Source: Nitrospirota bacterium
Lineage (GTDB): Bacteria > Nitrospirota > Thermodesulfovibrionia > Thermodesulfovibrionales > Dissulfurispiraceae
Reading direction: 5' to 3'
NCBI GenBank assembly: GCA_040758355.1
Contig: JBFLWF010000018.1
Location: 1 to 51,376, forward strand
DNA length: 51,376 bases
Part shown: piece by piece, positions 36,809 to 47,016 of the stretch
Layout: every line of letters begins with the position of its first letter
How positions within the stretch are numbered: position 1 is the stretch's first letter
The notes under the pieces: generated by a model
What the model was told of the DNA's origin: nothing
What the model saw: the letters and a program-made list of their open reading frames with translations, nothing else
Databases searched by the model: none
Translations under genes and position numbers: made by a program

Positions 36809-39412
36809 TTATCTATTTTTTGACAGAGCTATCACCTTCTTTCTCAACTCTTCCGCAAAATACTGATATTCATCGATGCCCTCCGGCTTCTGCTGCATAT
36901 CAATGTCTGATACGCCAATGGGCTCCCCGAAAAACACCTCTATTTTTGATGGCCTTATAAACTTCGCCCCTCTCGGCAGCGCCTCAAAGGTTCCCCTGAT
37001 AAATGCAGGTACGACGGGTATGTCCATTTCCGCGGCAAGCACTCCTATGCCCTTTCTGAACTCCATCAAACTCCCGTTAAAAGAGCGTCCACCTTCAGGG
37101 AATATGCATAATGCTTTTTTATTTTTCAAAACATATGCTGACATTTGCAGGGCCTTGTTTAAATATATCTCTGGATCTATTGGAATGACATGGCTTACCT
37201 CTGCAAACCATGACCTGAACCTTCCTGCAAAATACTTCTGAAAGCCGAGGAAATAAAGTCCTTTAAAGGTCTTATATGAAACAGACGATGCAATCACAAA
37301 ACCGTCAAGGAAGCTCGCATGGTTTGGCGCTATCACAAAAGGGCCGTGTTCAGGAATATGCTCCTTTCCTTGTACCTTAAAGCGAAAGAAAAGCTTGAAT
37401 AAAATTGTTTGTATGAGGCGAATAGTGTACGCTACCGAAAGCTCTGCAATGCTGTAATGAAAACCGACCTTTTCCCTGTCTTCCTTGAGCGGCTCCCTTT
37501 CGAGTATATCTTTCCACGATATAATTACTGTGCCGCCTTCCTTTATACCTTCCCATGATACCTGCTCTTTAAGCATTGTGACTATATCCCCTACTGTCTG
37601 AACCTCTGCCATAAATGTCTCTGGAAGACTGACAGAAAATGCGGATTCGAGTGAAGACACAAGCTCTATCCTTTTTAATGAATCAAACCCGAGGTCGAGT
37701 TCGAGGTTATCGGTGGACAGGATTGGGACAGCCTCAGCCATGAGCGCCATTATACAATCGGCAACCCTTCTGCCAATCTCATCTTCCATAAGGCTTCTGT
37801 CTTCACCTATTTTTTTCTCTTTGCCTTCATGCTTTAATATCTCTTTTATCATAAACCTTCTCAGCTTGCCGAGGGGTGTTCGGGGCAATGGCCCTGCAAG
37901 CATGGTATAGCCCTTGATCCTCATATATTCGGGAAGTTTCATGGAGACCGCATTTATTTCCCACTTTAGGGCCTCTGAAATATTGCCTATCAAAGACCTC
38001 TTCGCATATTCAAAGTCAGGGACTGTCACTGCATGGAGCTGCCCTTCCATTTCTGTAATGCATATCTCTTTGATAAGGGGAATGGATGCATAAAAAACCT
38101 CTGCATCCTCCGGATAGATGTTTTTCCCGGAACTCAAAACGATTATCTCTTTTTTGCGTCCTGTTATAAAGAGATAACCGTCTTCATCCATATATCCTGT
38201 GTCGCCTGTTAAAAGCCATCCATCTTTTATAGTATCATCGGTAGCAGCCTGATTCTTATAATAGCCCTTCATAACCATATGCCCTTTGACCATTATCTCT
38301 CCGTCATTGCTTACCTTTATCTCAACATCAGGCAATGGCCTGCCTGCAGAGCCCGGCTTTCTTTTTTCAGGGGGATTGAATGTAATAACAGGAGATGTTT
38401 CGGTCAAGCCATAGCCCTCAAGCACTGTAAAACCAAGTGCTTCAAGGTCTTTCATTATAGATGGCTCCAGCCGTGCACCCCCGCTTGCAAAGAATTTAAG
38501 CCTGCCAAAGTTTTTGTGGATGGATTTGAATACAATCCTTCCCATGTTTAAACCAATTTTCGTTCTCATCAATCCGCACAGCTTCATCATCCATAAAACA
38601 ATCCTCGAAAATATTTTTTTCTCCTTTATCTTTGAGACAATGCCATTCCTTATCATCTCAAGGAGCCTTGGGACAGCAACCACAATAGTCACATCTCTGT
38701 CTCTTATGGCTGATATAAGGTCCGCTGCCTTCAACCCAGGCGCAAAAGTGATAGTTGCGCCTATAAAGACAGGGACAATGAATGTGCACATGAATGGGTA
38801 TGTGTGGTGAAGGGGAAGTATAGACAACACATTGTCGTCATGAGTGACCACTTTTGCCTGAATGACAGCATCGGCATCGGAACAGAAATTCTCATGTGTA
38901 AGCATCACACCTTTTGGCTTTCCTGTAGTGCCTGATGTATAGATGATAGAGGCGATGTCGTCGGGAGAAACAACTGGAGTATTGGAGTGATGGAGTGATG
39001 GAGTGATGGTATCAAGACTTATCCCCTTTATATCAGTTCCTTCTACAGCCTTTAAGACATTGGCTTCTGTCTTGGAGCTGTAAAAAACGATTTTAGTTTC
39101 TGAATCCATGAGCAGGTTCTTAATTTCATCATTCCCCAATTGCATATCGATTGGAACTGCAATCCCGCCGCACATGAGTATTGCCATATACGATGCACAC
39201 CATTCAGGCCTGTTTTCCGAAACTATGGCGATCCTGTCGCCTTTATTAAGACCATTGCTTAAAAGAAAAGATGCAATACTATTTGAGAGCGAAAGGAATT
39301 CTTCATAGGTCATGGCCTTCCAAACGCCGTCGAAATAATTAAATACAATGCGGTCTTTGTATTTTTCTGCAGAGGATTGAAATAATGAAGGGATGGTATT
39401 ATTCGATTCCAT
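36809..39412 (-). CDS. Long-chain acyl-AMP ligase - ACP - PlsC acyltransferase fusion
   Basis: YTSGTTGKPKG, GYGLTE, TGD; LGFDSL phosphopantetheine site; NHASFLD and FPEGGRS. Confidence 0.9.
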   Translation of the reverse strand: MESNNTIPSLFQSSAEKYKDRIVFNYFDGVWKAMTYEEFLSLSNSIASFLLSNGLNKGDRIAIVSENRPEWCASYMAILMCGGIAVPIDMQLGNDEIKNLLMDSETKIVFYSSKTEANVLKAVEGTDIKGISLDTITPSLHHSNTPVVSPDDIASIIYTSGTTGKPKGVMLTHENFCSDADAVIQAKVVTHDDNVLSILPLHHTYPFMCTFIVPVFIGATITFAPGLKAADLISAIRDRDVTIVVAVPRLLEMIRNGIVSKIKEKKIFSRIVLWMMKLCGLMRTKIGLNMGRIVFKSIHKNFGRLKFFASGGARLEPSIMKDLEALGFTVLEGYGLTETSPVITFNPPEKRKPGSAGRPLPDVEIKVSNDGEIMVKGHMVMKGYYKNQAATDDTIKDGWLLTGDTGYMDEDGYLFITGRKKEIIVLSSGKNIYPEDAEVFYASIPLIKEICITEMEGQLHAVTVPDFEYAKRSLIGNISEALKWEINAVSMKLPEYMRIKGYTMLAGPLPRTPLGKLRRFMIKEILKHEGKEKKIGEDRSLMEDEIGRRVADCIMALMAEAVPILSTDNLELDLGFDSLKRIELVSSLESAFSVSLPETFMAEVQTVGDIVTMLKEQVSWEGIKEGGTVIISWKDILEREPLKEDREKVGFHYSIAELSVAYTIRLIQTILFKLFFRFKVQGKEHIPEHGPFVIAPNHASFLDGFVIASSVSYKTFKGLYFLGFQKYFAGRFRSWFAEVSHVIPIDPEIYLNKALQMSAYVLKNKKALCIFPEGGRSFNGSLMEFRKGIGVLAAEMDIPVVPAFIRGTFEALPRGAKFIRPSKIEVFFGEPIGVSDIDMQQKPEGIDEYQYFAEELRKKVIALSKNR
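38975..39010. repeat. (TGGAGTGA)-type octamer array inside the ligase gene
   Basis: tggagtat tggagtga tggagtga tggagtga tggt; encodes TITPSLHHSNTP. Confidence 0.85.
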
Positions 39413-39417
39413 TTTTA

Positions 39418-39939
39418 CTATCCCTTTTTCACTTTCTCTTTGAGTTGTGCCATTACTTCTTCGAACGGAATGGTTTTTACCTTGCCGGTTTTAATATCCT
39501 CTACGCGCTTTTTAAGCTTATTAAGTTCTCTCCTGATTTTATTCTGGGTAAAGCCCATAAAAGTCATTTCCCAGAGGCAGTGAGCTATGATTTCTTCTTT
39601 TAACATCCTTTTGAGAACTTTTGGGGAGACCTCGTATCCAAGCCACTTCGACCACGAAGTATACTCAAGGGCATATGATTGCTTAACATCCTTTTCCAAG
39701 CATATACCGCTGACATCAAAGTATTCATTTTTGCCTCTGCCGACTCTTTTTATGTCAATAACCATACCTTCTTTATTGTATCTGGGCCGCATCTGTTTTA
39801 AGGTCTCAAAAACATTCTTGTATCCAATAATGTTGTGCTTTTGGTCAGGATAAAGCGCTAAGAGTGCAGCTTTAACGTTCCTGAAAGCGCAAGCCTGCAC
39901 TATATCTTTGAGGAATATTTTGTCCTTATGTGGCGGCAT
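39418..39939 (-). CDS. Basic hypothetical protein (DUF6557-like)
   Basis: DVSG, YALEYTSWSKWLG, IIAHCLWEMTFMGF pattern. Confidence 0.6.
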   Translation of the reverse strand: MPPHKDKIFLKDIVQACAFRNVKAALLALYPDQKHNIIGYKNVFETLKQMRPRYNKEGMVIDIKRVGRGKNEYFDVSGICLEKDVKQSYALEYTSWSKWLGYEVSPKVLKRMLKEEIIAHCLWEMTFMGFTQNKIRRELNKLKKRVEDIKTGKVKTIPFEEVMAQLKEKVKKG

Positions 39940-39980
39940 AAATTAAATATACCCATACAGTTTATTTTTTATCCATCCAG

Positions 39981-42524
39981 TTAATCGTTCAGCACCGGCA
40001 GATAATAATCATCTTCTTCAAAATCTTCATCTGGCTCAAGTAAAACAACTTCACAATCTAATGAGGTTAACTCGGTTCTTATATTGTTTGCTTTTGTTTT
40101 CATCTCGTTAGAATTTTTTTCAAAACATGCAATAAGGACAGTATCTGGATGCAACATCTTGGCGAGATTGATTAATTTATTATCGTTAAAATCTCTCACT
40201 GACGATTTCACCTCTCCGATTATTAACTTGCCGTCAGATATACAAATAATATCCACTTCTTCTGAAGGTTTCGATTTTTTAGACTTAGGATACGAAGTAA
40301 ATAAATCTAACTGAGGCGAAAAGAAGAAAGAATCTTTTGATTGATAGTTAATCGTCCCTAATGCCCATATCACTGGTAAAATCCCGTGTTCTCGGACACT
40401 TGCTGAAAAAAATTCATTTAAATAAAAGCTCCAGTCAAAATTTACCGGAACCTGTGTCTTGTTTCTACACACATTGCACTCAAGTGTAAGTGCTAATCTA
40501 TCAACCGACACCCAATTTTTATGACCACATTTCTTACAAGACCATTGATACCCTTGAGCAAAAATACCTGATGAACATAATGACTGTAAAGAACTTTCGA
40601 GATTTTCTTGCCATTCCTTAATGATGCCTTCATCATCATTAATTTGTTGAGGATTTTGAACAATAAATCTCTCAATATTCTCGCACCACTTTGAGGATAA
40701 TTTTTTCAAATAAATAATATTTCGCGGCTTACGAAGCTTCTTTGATTGCAAAAGAACAACCCTTGCAATGTGTCGCCAATCCTCGGCAGAACTAATAGCA
40801 ACCGACTTATTGTCATCTGTATTTAACTTGCGTTTTAATTTCTTAATAATTTCTGTCTCATCAGCAATATCTTTATCTTTTAAGCGATTAGGATCGCTTA
40901 GCTCAGTAAAGATATTTCGCCAATACGTGCAGGAAATCATATCAAAGGCATTATTTAGCCCTCTAAAAAGACCTAACACGCCGTTTAAATATCGCCCTTT
41001 TTCAGAAAGACGTGAAAATTCAAATGCTGGTGAGTTAAATACTCTAAACCGCAAATCTCTTGAAGAGAAATGATTTTCGTAGTGCAAAATAGCCTTAAAA
41101 AAATCTTTATCTTCAGGCAGCGTTATTTTTATCTTTTGCTTATCGTATCCAACAGATATGGCAAGGAAGCCTTCTAAAGTAACTTTCCCTTGCAAACTAT
41201 CGACAAATAGAGATATTACTCCATCCCTTCTCGGTAGTCTCCACCAGTGCTGTACGTTTGAAATACTGAAATCATTATGACGCTGAATTTTCTGCTCAAT
41301 TATCCACTTGCCAGTACGGAAGCGTGGGGGAATATTACCTGTATCGCTTAAGTGCATTGGAAAAGGGAAATCTACTAAGGCTGTTTTTTCGCTAACCTGA
41401 TTGCGAAATAAATTATCCATAGATTCATAGCGTCTTCTAAAAAATGTATTCTCAGGGCAGCAATCAGTGTCATCTTTCAGCTTTTCAATATTAACTATAT
41501 CATTCGTTGCCTTTTGTAGTTTTTCAGCAAATCCATTTAATATTTCTCCAGAAACAGAATGCGATCTTATTGTTATATAATTTGGACCTGATCCTGTGGA
41601 AGAAATCCGGTTCCATCTCGTAATATACGGACCGAGTTTATTAATAAAATCTTCATTCTCAAATCGTGCCTTGGGGATGCGCAACGCTGAGATATGTTCC
41701 TTTTGCCAATCTTCTAATAGCAATCTGCCATTCCAGAATGAAATCCTATCGACAAAGCTATCCCCAACAACAAGATTAAAACTCCTTGACCATGGATGAT
41801 TTCCGATACCACGATAATCGGAATTTACTGCTGACAGAGCAGATACGCTTGTTATTGCTCCACTATCTGAAGTCATGTATTCCAATAAGGCAATTTCACT
41901 TTCAACTATTGGCCCCGGATTTAGATATCGAAGTTCCGAAGCGTTAGCAGGAGCTAAATTTAAAGGCTCTAAATAATCACGAACTCCGACGTCAACCGGA
42001 AAGCCTCCAAAACTTCCATAATAAGTGCCGAAATTATCGCCTATGAACCCATCATCACTCCATTCAGGAAATCTGTTTAGTAGTTTTCGAGGGTATGGAA
42101 TAAAAATATTCTGCCGCTGCCGGAGATAAGGGAGAATTGACATACTTGTAAGAGGTCTTATCTCTAAATCTGGACGCCCGGAATAGTGTCCGTTAAATTC
42201 ACCGCGAATCTCATGGCCCTGAAAAATAATTGGTTGAATATCACGGTGTACTTTATGAATTAATTCCTCGTTTATTGTGGTATAGGAATAAATTAAATCA
42301 GGATCATACCACTTAAGCCAAGCCCAATATCTGGGATCGATTTTATTGTCTGAAACAGGAACTATCATTGTATGTTTACCACCCCAACGACTGTAAGCTT
42401 CAGCAAATATGCAATCGAGAAATATAGAAACATGTTCGGACTCGTTTATTAGATAAGCAACACGAAATGGTCGACTTCTGGAGTAAATAGTTATTGGTTT
42501 TTCTAATCTTTGTTTATTCGACAT
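39981..42524 (-). CDS. Large accessory protein with C-terminal Zn ribbon and PD-(D/E)xK nuclease-like domain
   Basis: 847 aa, visibly AT-richer than its flanks; CKKC-x18-CNVC; EVDIICISDGKLIIGEVKS. Confidence 0.7.
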   Translation of the reverse strand: MSNKQRLEKPITIYSRSRPFRVAYLINESEHVSIFLDCIFAEAYSRWGGKHTMIVPVSDNKIDPRYWAWLKWYDPDLIYSYTTINEELIHKVHRDIQPIIFQGHEIRGEFNGHYSGRPDLEIRPLTSMSILPYLRQRQNIFIPYPRKLLNRFPEWSDDGFIGDNFGTYYGSFGGFPVDVGVRDYLEPLNLAPANASELRYLNPGPIVESEIALLEYMTSDSGAITSVSALSAVNSDYRGIGNHPWSRSFNLVVGDSFVDRISFWNGRLLLEDWQKEHISALRIPKARFENEDFINKLGPYITRWNRISSTGSGPNYITIRSHSVSGEILNGFAEKLQKATNDIVNIEKLKDDTDCCPENTFFRRRYESMDNLFRNQVSEKTALVDFPFPMHLSDTGNIPPRFRTGKWIIEQKIQRHNDFSISNVQHWWRLPRRDGVISLFVDSLQGKVTLEGFLAISVGYDKQKIKITLPEDKDFFKAILHYENHFSSRDLRFRVFNSPAFEFSRLSEKGRYLNGVLGLFRGLNNAFDMISCTYWRNIFTELSDPNRLKDKDIADETEIIKKLKRKLNTDDNKSVAISSAEDWRHIARVVLLQSKKLRKPRNIIYLKKLSSKWCENIERFIVQNPQQINDDEGIIKEWQENLESSLQSLCSSGIFAQGYQWSCKKCGHKNWVSVDRLALTLECNVCRNKTQVPVNFDWSFYLNEFFSASVREHGILPVIWALGTINYQSKDSFFFSPQLDLFTSYPKSKKSKPSEEVDIICISDGKLIIGEVKSSVRDFNDNKLINLAKMLHPDTVLIACFEKNSNEMKTKANNIRTELTSLDCEVVLLEPDEDFEEDDYYLPVLND

Positions 42525-42566
42525 TTTAATTATACTGTTTAACTGCTGAAAACATTACATTCCTAT

Positions 42567-43085
42567 TCACTCGTCCTTTTCCCTCCGAAATCCTATCTTC
42601 CTCTTTTTCGGTTCAGGCGGGATCATCAACTGCCGGATGGCATCAAAGACAACTTTAAACTGGGCATCGTATTTCTTTTCGAGATCATTGAGCCTCTTGG
42701 CGAGGTCTTTATGAGAAGCTATCATTTCCCTCAGTTTTACGAACGCTCGCATTATAGCGATGTTAACAGCAATTGCTCTTTCACTATTGAGTACGCTTGA
42801 AAGCATCGCAACTCCTTGCTCGGTAAAAACATAGGGAAGATATCTGCGTCCGCCGTGGCCTGAACTTGAGGTCGCAAATTGCGATCTCAAGTTTTCAGTC
42901 TCTTCAGACGTCAGTTGGAACATAAAGTCATCAGGGAACCGCGATATATTACGCCTTACCTGTTCATTCAGCCTTCTCGTTGGCACCCCATAAAGCTCAG
43001 CAAGATCGCTATCAAGCATAACCTTTTCGCCTCGAATCATCAATATCTTCTTCTCAATAATCTCAACTGGAATAAGTGCCTTCAT
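42567..43085 (-). CDS. ORF6N domain DNA-binding protein
   Basis: [59 protein letters not shown]. Confidence 0.93.
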   Translation of the reverse strand: MKALIPVEIIEKKILMIRGEKVMLDSDLAELYGVPTRRLNEQVRRNISRFPDDFMFQLTSEETENLRSQFATSSSGHGGRRYLPYVFTEQGVAMLSSVLNSERAIAVNIAIMRAFVKLREMIASHKDLAKRLNDLEKKYDAQFKVVFDAIRQLMIPPEPKKRKIGFRREKDE

Positions 43086-43097
43086 TTTCCCTCCAAC

Positions 43098-43122
43098 TTA
43101 AGGTCACAATTTGCGACCTTAA
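43098..43122. promoter_or_regulatory. Operator-like palindrome upstream of the ORF6N gene
   Basis: TTAAGGTCACAA-T-TTGCGACCTTAA next to the RBS; near-identical palindrome at 42863-42893. Confidence 0.6.
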
Positions 43123-43142
43123 ACTTGCAACCTCTTGATTAT

Positions 43143-43928
43143 TCAACTCAACAGCTTCAATGCCTTTTCGTGCAGTTGTTTATTCCCTGCGGCAAGAATG
43201 GGTACGCTTCTTTTAAGCCCTATCTCCATTTCCTCTATAGGATTTCCATCCGTATCGGAGAATACCCCACCAGCCTCTTTTATTAGAAGATAGCCGCCTG
43301 CAAAATCAAAGCTCCGCGATGGAGATGGGGTTAAAAATACGCTTACAGAACCATATGCAACATATGCAAGATCTAATGCCGTTGCACCAAAACATCTTGT
43401 CCTTCTTGTCTCTGAAAGCAGTCGTATCATCTTTGGAATATCGTTTTTCGGACTTGGCGATTCATAGGCAATCAGATAGAAGACATCATCTTTTTGTGCA
43501 TGGATCCTTTCGCCATTAAAGAATGCACCTTTGCCTTTTTCTGCCCAGAACTCATCGCCTGTAAGGAGATTTATAACATATGCAAGAGAAACGCTGCCGA
43601 TGTTATCTTTATCAGTAACTGCAATGGATGTGCAATAAAATGGTATTCCTGTAATGGCATTTTTGCTTCCGTCAATGGGGTCTATCAATACCCTTTTTCC
43701 GCCTCCTTTTATTTCCTTGAGTCCGGCCTCTTCGGAAATTATGCTTAATGGTTCATTTAGGGCTTCCAATGAGCCGATAATAATATCCTCAGCCTTTTTA
43801 TCGATTGGAAATGTCTTATCTCCGGATGCACCTTTGCCAATAGCTTCAGAGGCAAAGGGCTTCAGCCTCGTGTTGCCTATGTCAGAAAAAAGTTGTCTGC
43901 CGATTTGTCTCAAACTTTCAATTTTCAT
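43143..43928 (-). CDS. Inositol monophosphatase / FBPase family protein
   Basis: ISEEAG, IDPIDGS, RCFGATALDL, FDFAGG. Confidence 0.9.
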   Translation of the reverse strand: MKIESLRQIGRQLFSDIGNTRLKPFASEAIGKGASGDKTFPIDKKAEDIIIGSLEALNEPLSIISEEAGLKEIKGGGKRVLIDPIDGSKNAITGIPFYCTSIAVTDKDNIGSVSLAYVINLLTGDEFWAEKGKGAFFNGERIHAQKDDVFYLIAYESPSPKNDIPKMIRLLSETRRTRCFGATALDLAYVAYGSVSVFLTPSPSRSFDFAGGYLLIKEAGGVFSDTDGNPIEEMEIGLKRSVPILAAGNKQLHEKALKLLS

Positions 43929-43991
43929 AACTCATTATACCCGACAACCAAAACATTGACAACGGTTCTCTGTCCATTTATTATAAACATC

Positions 43992-45041
43992 ATGAAAAAC
44001 ATAGATTTCTCGAAACTCGCAAAACAAAACATCCGCTCGCTAAAGCCGTATGAGGCAAAAGAGATTCCATGCAAAGTAAAGCTGGATGCCAATGAGAGTC
44101 CGTACTGTATTGACATTACACCTGACAAAAAAATCCTTCAAAGAATTAATCGCTACCCGGATCCAGAAGCCAGAGACCTCAAAAAAGCCATCTCAAAAGC
44201 ACTCAAAATCAATACAGCCAACATACTGCTGGGAAATGGCTCTGACGAATTAATCTATTATTTAATCACCACCTTTGGTGGGCCTGTGCTTTATCCTGTA
44301 CCAACATTCTCCATGTACGGCATTATCTCACAGGCATTGGGAGAGAAAAATATCGGAATACCATTAAACAAAGATTTTGACCTCGATATTGATAAAATGC
44401 TCGCTGCTATAAAAAAATGCAACCCCAAGCTTATATTCCTCAGCTCGCCAAACAATCCGACAGGAAACTGTTTTTCTGCCGAAAGCATATTAAAAATCAT
44501 AGAGGCATCTAAAGGCATTGTGGTTGTGGATGAGGCATATCAGCCATTCTCAAGCGAGAAGGGCTTTTTACCTTTATTAAAGGATTACAAAAACTTAGCC
44601 ATACTCAGGACATTAAGCAAAATAGGTTTTGCATCATTAAGGGTCGGCTTTCTAATAGCTGATGAAGGCTTGATCAATGAGGTCAATAAGGTAAGGCTTC
44701 CATTTAATCTAAATGCACTATCACAGGCAATGGCATTGGAGGCATTCAAAAACAAGGACGTCATAGAATCACAGATAAAAAATATCACTTCAGAAAGGGA
44801 AAGGTTGTTTGAGGAATTAAGCAAAATTAATAATGTATCGCCCTATCCCTCTGAGGCAAATTTCATATTGTTCAAGACAAAAAATGCAGATATAGTCTTC
44901 CAGAAGCTGATAAAAAATGGTGTTTTGGTGAGAAACTTAAGCAGTGCTGTCAAAGACTCATTAAGGGTGACAGTCGGAACACCTGAAGAAAATAACTTTT
45001 TTATAAAGGCATTAAGAAAATCCATCGGAGGGAAGGCATGA
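43992..45041 (+). CDS. hisC: Histidinol-phosphate aminotransferase
   Basis: [37 protein letters not shown]; start MKNIDF. Confidence 0.94.
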   Translation: MKNIDFSKLAKQNIRSLKPYEAKEIPCKVKLDANESPYCIDITPDKKILQRINRYPDPEARDLKKAISKALKINTANILLGNGSDELIYYLITTFGGPVLYPVPTFSMYGIISQALGEKNIGIPLNKDFDLDIDKMLAAIKKCNPKLIFLSSPNNPTGNCFSAESILKIIEASKGIVVVDEAYQPFSSEKGFLPLLKDYKNLAILRTLSKIGFASLRVGFLIADEGLINEVNKVRLPFNLNALSQAMALEAFKNKDVIESQIKNITSERERLFEELSKINNVSPYPSEANFILFKTKNADIVFQKLIKNGVLVRNLSSAVKDSLRVTVGTPEENNFFIKALRKSIGGKA

Positions 45042-45625
45042 GAAAAGCTAAGGTTGAAAGAAAAACTAAAGAAACAGACATAGCTGCTGAGATAAATCTC
45101 GACGGAAGCGGTAAGTATTCGATAAATACATCCATCCCTTTTCTTGATCATATGCTCTCGCTGATGTGCAGGCACGGGCTATTCGATGCAAAACTGAAGG
45201 CAAAAGGAGATATCGAGATTGACTATCATCACACTGTTGAGGATGTCGGAATCGTCCTCGGCAAGGCGATTAAACAGGCACTTGGAGATATGAAAGGCAT
45301 ATCGAGATATGGGCAGGCATCCGTGCCCATGGACGAGGCGCTTGCATCAGTAAGCCTCGACATCAGCGGCAGGCCTTATCTTGTCTATAAAGTGGAATTT
45401 CCCAAGAAGAGCAAACTCAAGGATTTTGACCCTGACCTTATCGAAGACTTTCTTCAGGCATTTGTGAGCAACAGCAGTATTACGCTCCACATTAACGTCC
45501 TTTATGGCAGGAACACCCATCACATAATCGAGGCGATATTCAAGGGATTGGGACGGGCATTACGACAGGCAGTAACCATCGACCCGAGGATAAAAGGTCT
45601 TCCAACGACAAAAGGGAAACTGTAA
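45038..45625 (+). CDS. hisB: Imidazoleglycerol-phosphate dehydratase
   Basis: RKTKET, HHTVED, PMDEAL, NTHHIIE, TTKG. Confidence 0.96.
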   Translation: MRKAKVERKTKETDIAAEINLDGSGKYSINTSIPFLDHMLSLMCRHGLFDAKLKAKGDIEIDYHHTVEDVGIVLGKAIKQALGDMKGISRYGQASVPMDEALASVSLDISGRPYLVYKVEFPKKSKLKDFDPDLIEDFLQAFVSNSSITLHINVLYGRNTHHIIEAIFKGLGRALRQAVTIDPRIKGLPTTKGKL

Positions 45626-45938
45626 TCTCTCGGTAAGGATAAATTTCTTCCGTTCAGGAGCTTCGTTTTGACAGTTCTAAATGCTCGTTACGCTACAGCC
45701 GCAAAACTCGCTTCGCTCAAACACTTGCGGCTGTCAGGCGATGGTATGATCTTGGAGCGACTTGGGCAGCCCAAGCGTGGCATGGATGCCTAAGCGGGCT
45801 GTCTTTGCTTCGGAGACAGGCTGGATGCCTGTCGAGAATGAAGCGGAGAGATTATACTATTGCCTGACGCTCCAGTCGCAAAGAACTGTTACCAAAACTC
45901 AGCTATTCACTCCAGAAACTTATCCTTACCGAGAGATT
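45624..45938. mobile_element. 315-bp MITE-like element with nested inverted repeats
   Basis: Perfect 19-bp TIR AATCTCTCGGTAAGGATAA/TTATCCTTACCGAGAGATT; several inner stems; no ORF. Confidence 0.8.
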
Positions 45939-45944
45939 TGAGTC

Positions 45945-46955
45945 TTACTTTACCGGCAGAAGGCCGCCAACATCCTTTAACACATCCTGCAACGGCTTCG
46001 TTGCCTGTTCAAGGGGTGAAGTAATAGTCCTTCCCAACTCCTCCGAGACCTTTCTTTTAAACGACTCCTTCAGATCATGCTGTAGGTTATTCCACTTGCC
46101 CCATATATTAAAGTTTAAAACAATCTCTCCCTTTTTCTTTACAAACTCTATCACAAAGGGAGCACCTACCCCCATTAAAAATCCCCTCGTCTCTATATCC
46201 ATATCCCTGATCCTTAGCAGAGAAGGCGCCTTTACATAGCCCTTATCGAGACCGAAATTGGAGTCGAGATTCAGCCTTCCCCTTTTAACCACTACATCAC
46301 CTTTCATATAAGGTCTCAGCACAGTCATGTTTAAATCCCTGATAGTCAATGTGCCTTTAAACTTGCCGTCAGAAATATTTCCTTCGGATTTCAACAAGGC
46401 ATTACCTGCATCAGGAAACTTTGCCGATGCAGTGATTGTTGTTTTCCCTGATTGGAATAAGGATATACCGCTTTTCATTGTGACAGCCACATCCAATAAT
46501 TTCATATTAAAGCCCTTAAAGTCGTCTTCTATTATCACATTCCCGTTATTTGCTTTAAATGCCTTTACAACAAGCTCTATTGCCGGCTTCCCGCCTTCTT
46601 TTTTCTTGAATTCAGGAAAAAGCCATTTGCCGCCTTTAGTCCTTTTAATGACAAGGCGCGGCGAGTCCATCTCTATTTCTTTGATGTCAAATTTCTTCCT
46701 TAAAAGTGCCCACAGGTATGGTTTAAGCCTGAGTTGTTTTATTTCAAGGAAATCGGTGCCGGAAGGCGTTTTCACCAGAATATCATCTGCCACTATAGCA
46801 TTCCATCCTATCTTTAAATTCTTAATTGAGATGCCAGGGCCGAGGGCTTTGTCAATCCTTTCTTTCACAAAGGAGTCGAGTGGAAAAAATAGAATAAGCC
46901 CAGCTATGGATAGAATGAGGATTACGGTGATGCCAAGAATAACCCTTTTAAGCAT
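45945..46955 (-). CDS. AsmA/DUF748-like membrane-anchored beta-rich protein
   Basis: N-terminal anchor, LKPYLWALL...IKEIEMDSPRL pattern, beta-strand-rich body; start MLKRV. Confidence 0.65.
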   Translation of the reverse strand: MLKRVILGITVILILSIAGLILFFPLDSFVKERIDKALGPGISIKNLKIGWNAIVADDILVKTPSGTDFLEIKQLRLKPYLWALLRKKFDIKEIEMDSPRLVIKRTKGGKWLFPEFKKKEGGKPAIELVVKAFKANNGNVIIEDDFKGFNMKLLDVAVTMKSGISLFQSGKTTITASAKFPDAGNALLKSEGNISDGKFKGTLTIRDLNMTVLRPYMKGDVVVKRGRLNLDSNFGLDKGYVKAPSLLRIRDMDIETRGFLMGVGAPFVIEFVKKKGEIVLNFNIWGKWNNLQHDLKESFKRKVSEELGRTITSPLEQATKPLQDVLKDVGGLLPVK

Positions 46956-47016
46956 AGTTATATAAAAACAAAAAATTCCGATATTATCAAGCCCAAACAA
47001 TGGTATAATTTATCTT

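Noticed and set aside
42879..43286. 135-aa plus-strand ORF containing LRSQFATL
   Set aside because: It arises from the palindrome upstream of the ORF6N gene and is antisense to two real genes.
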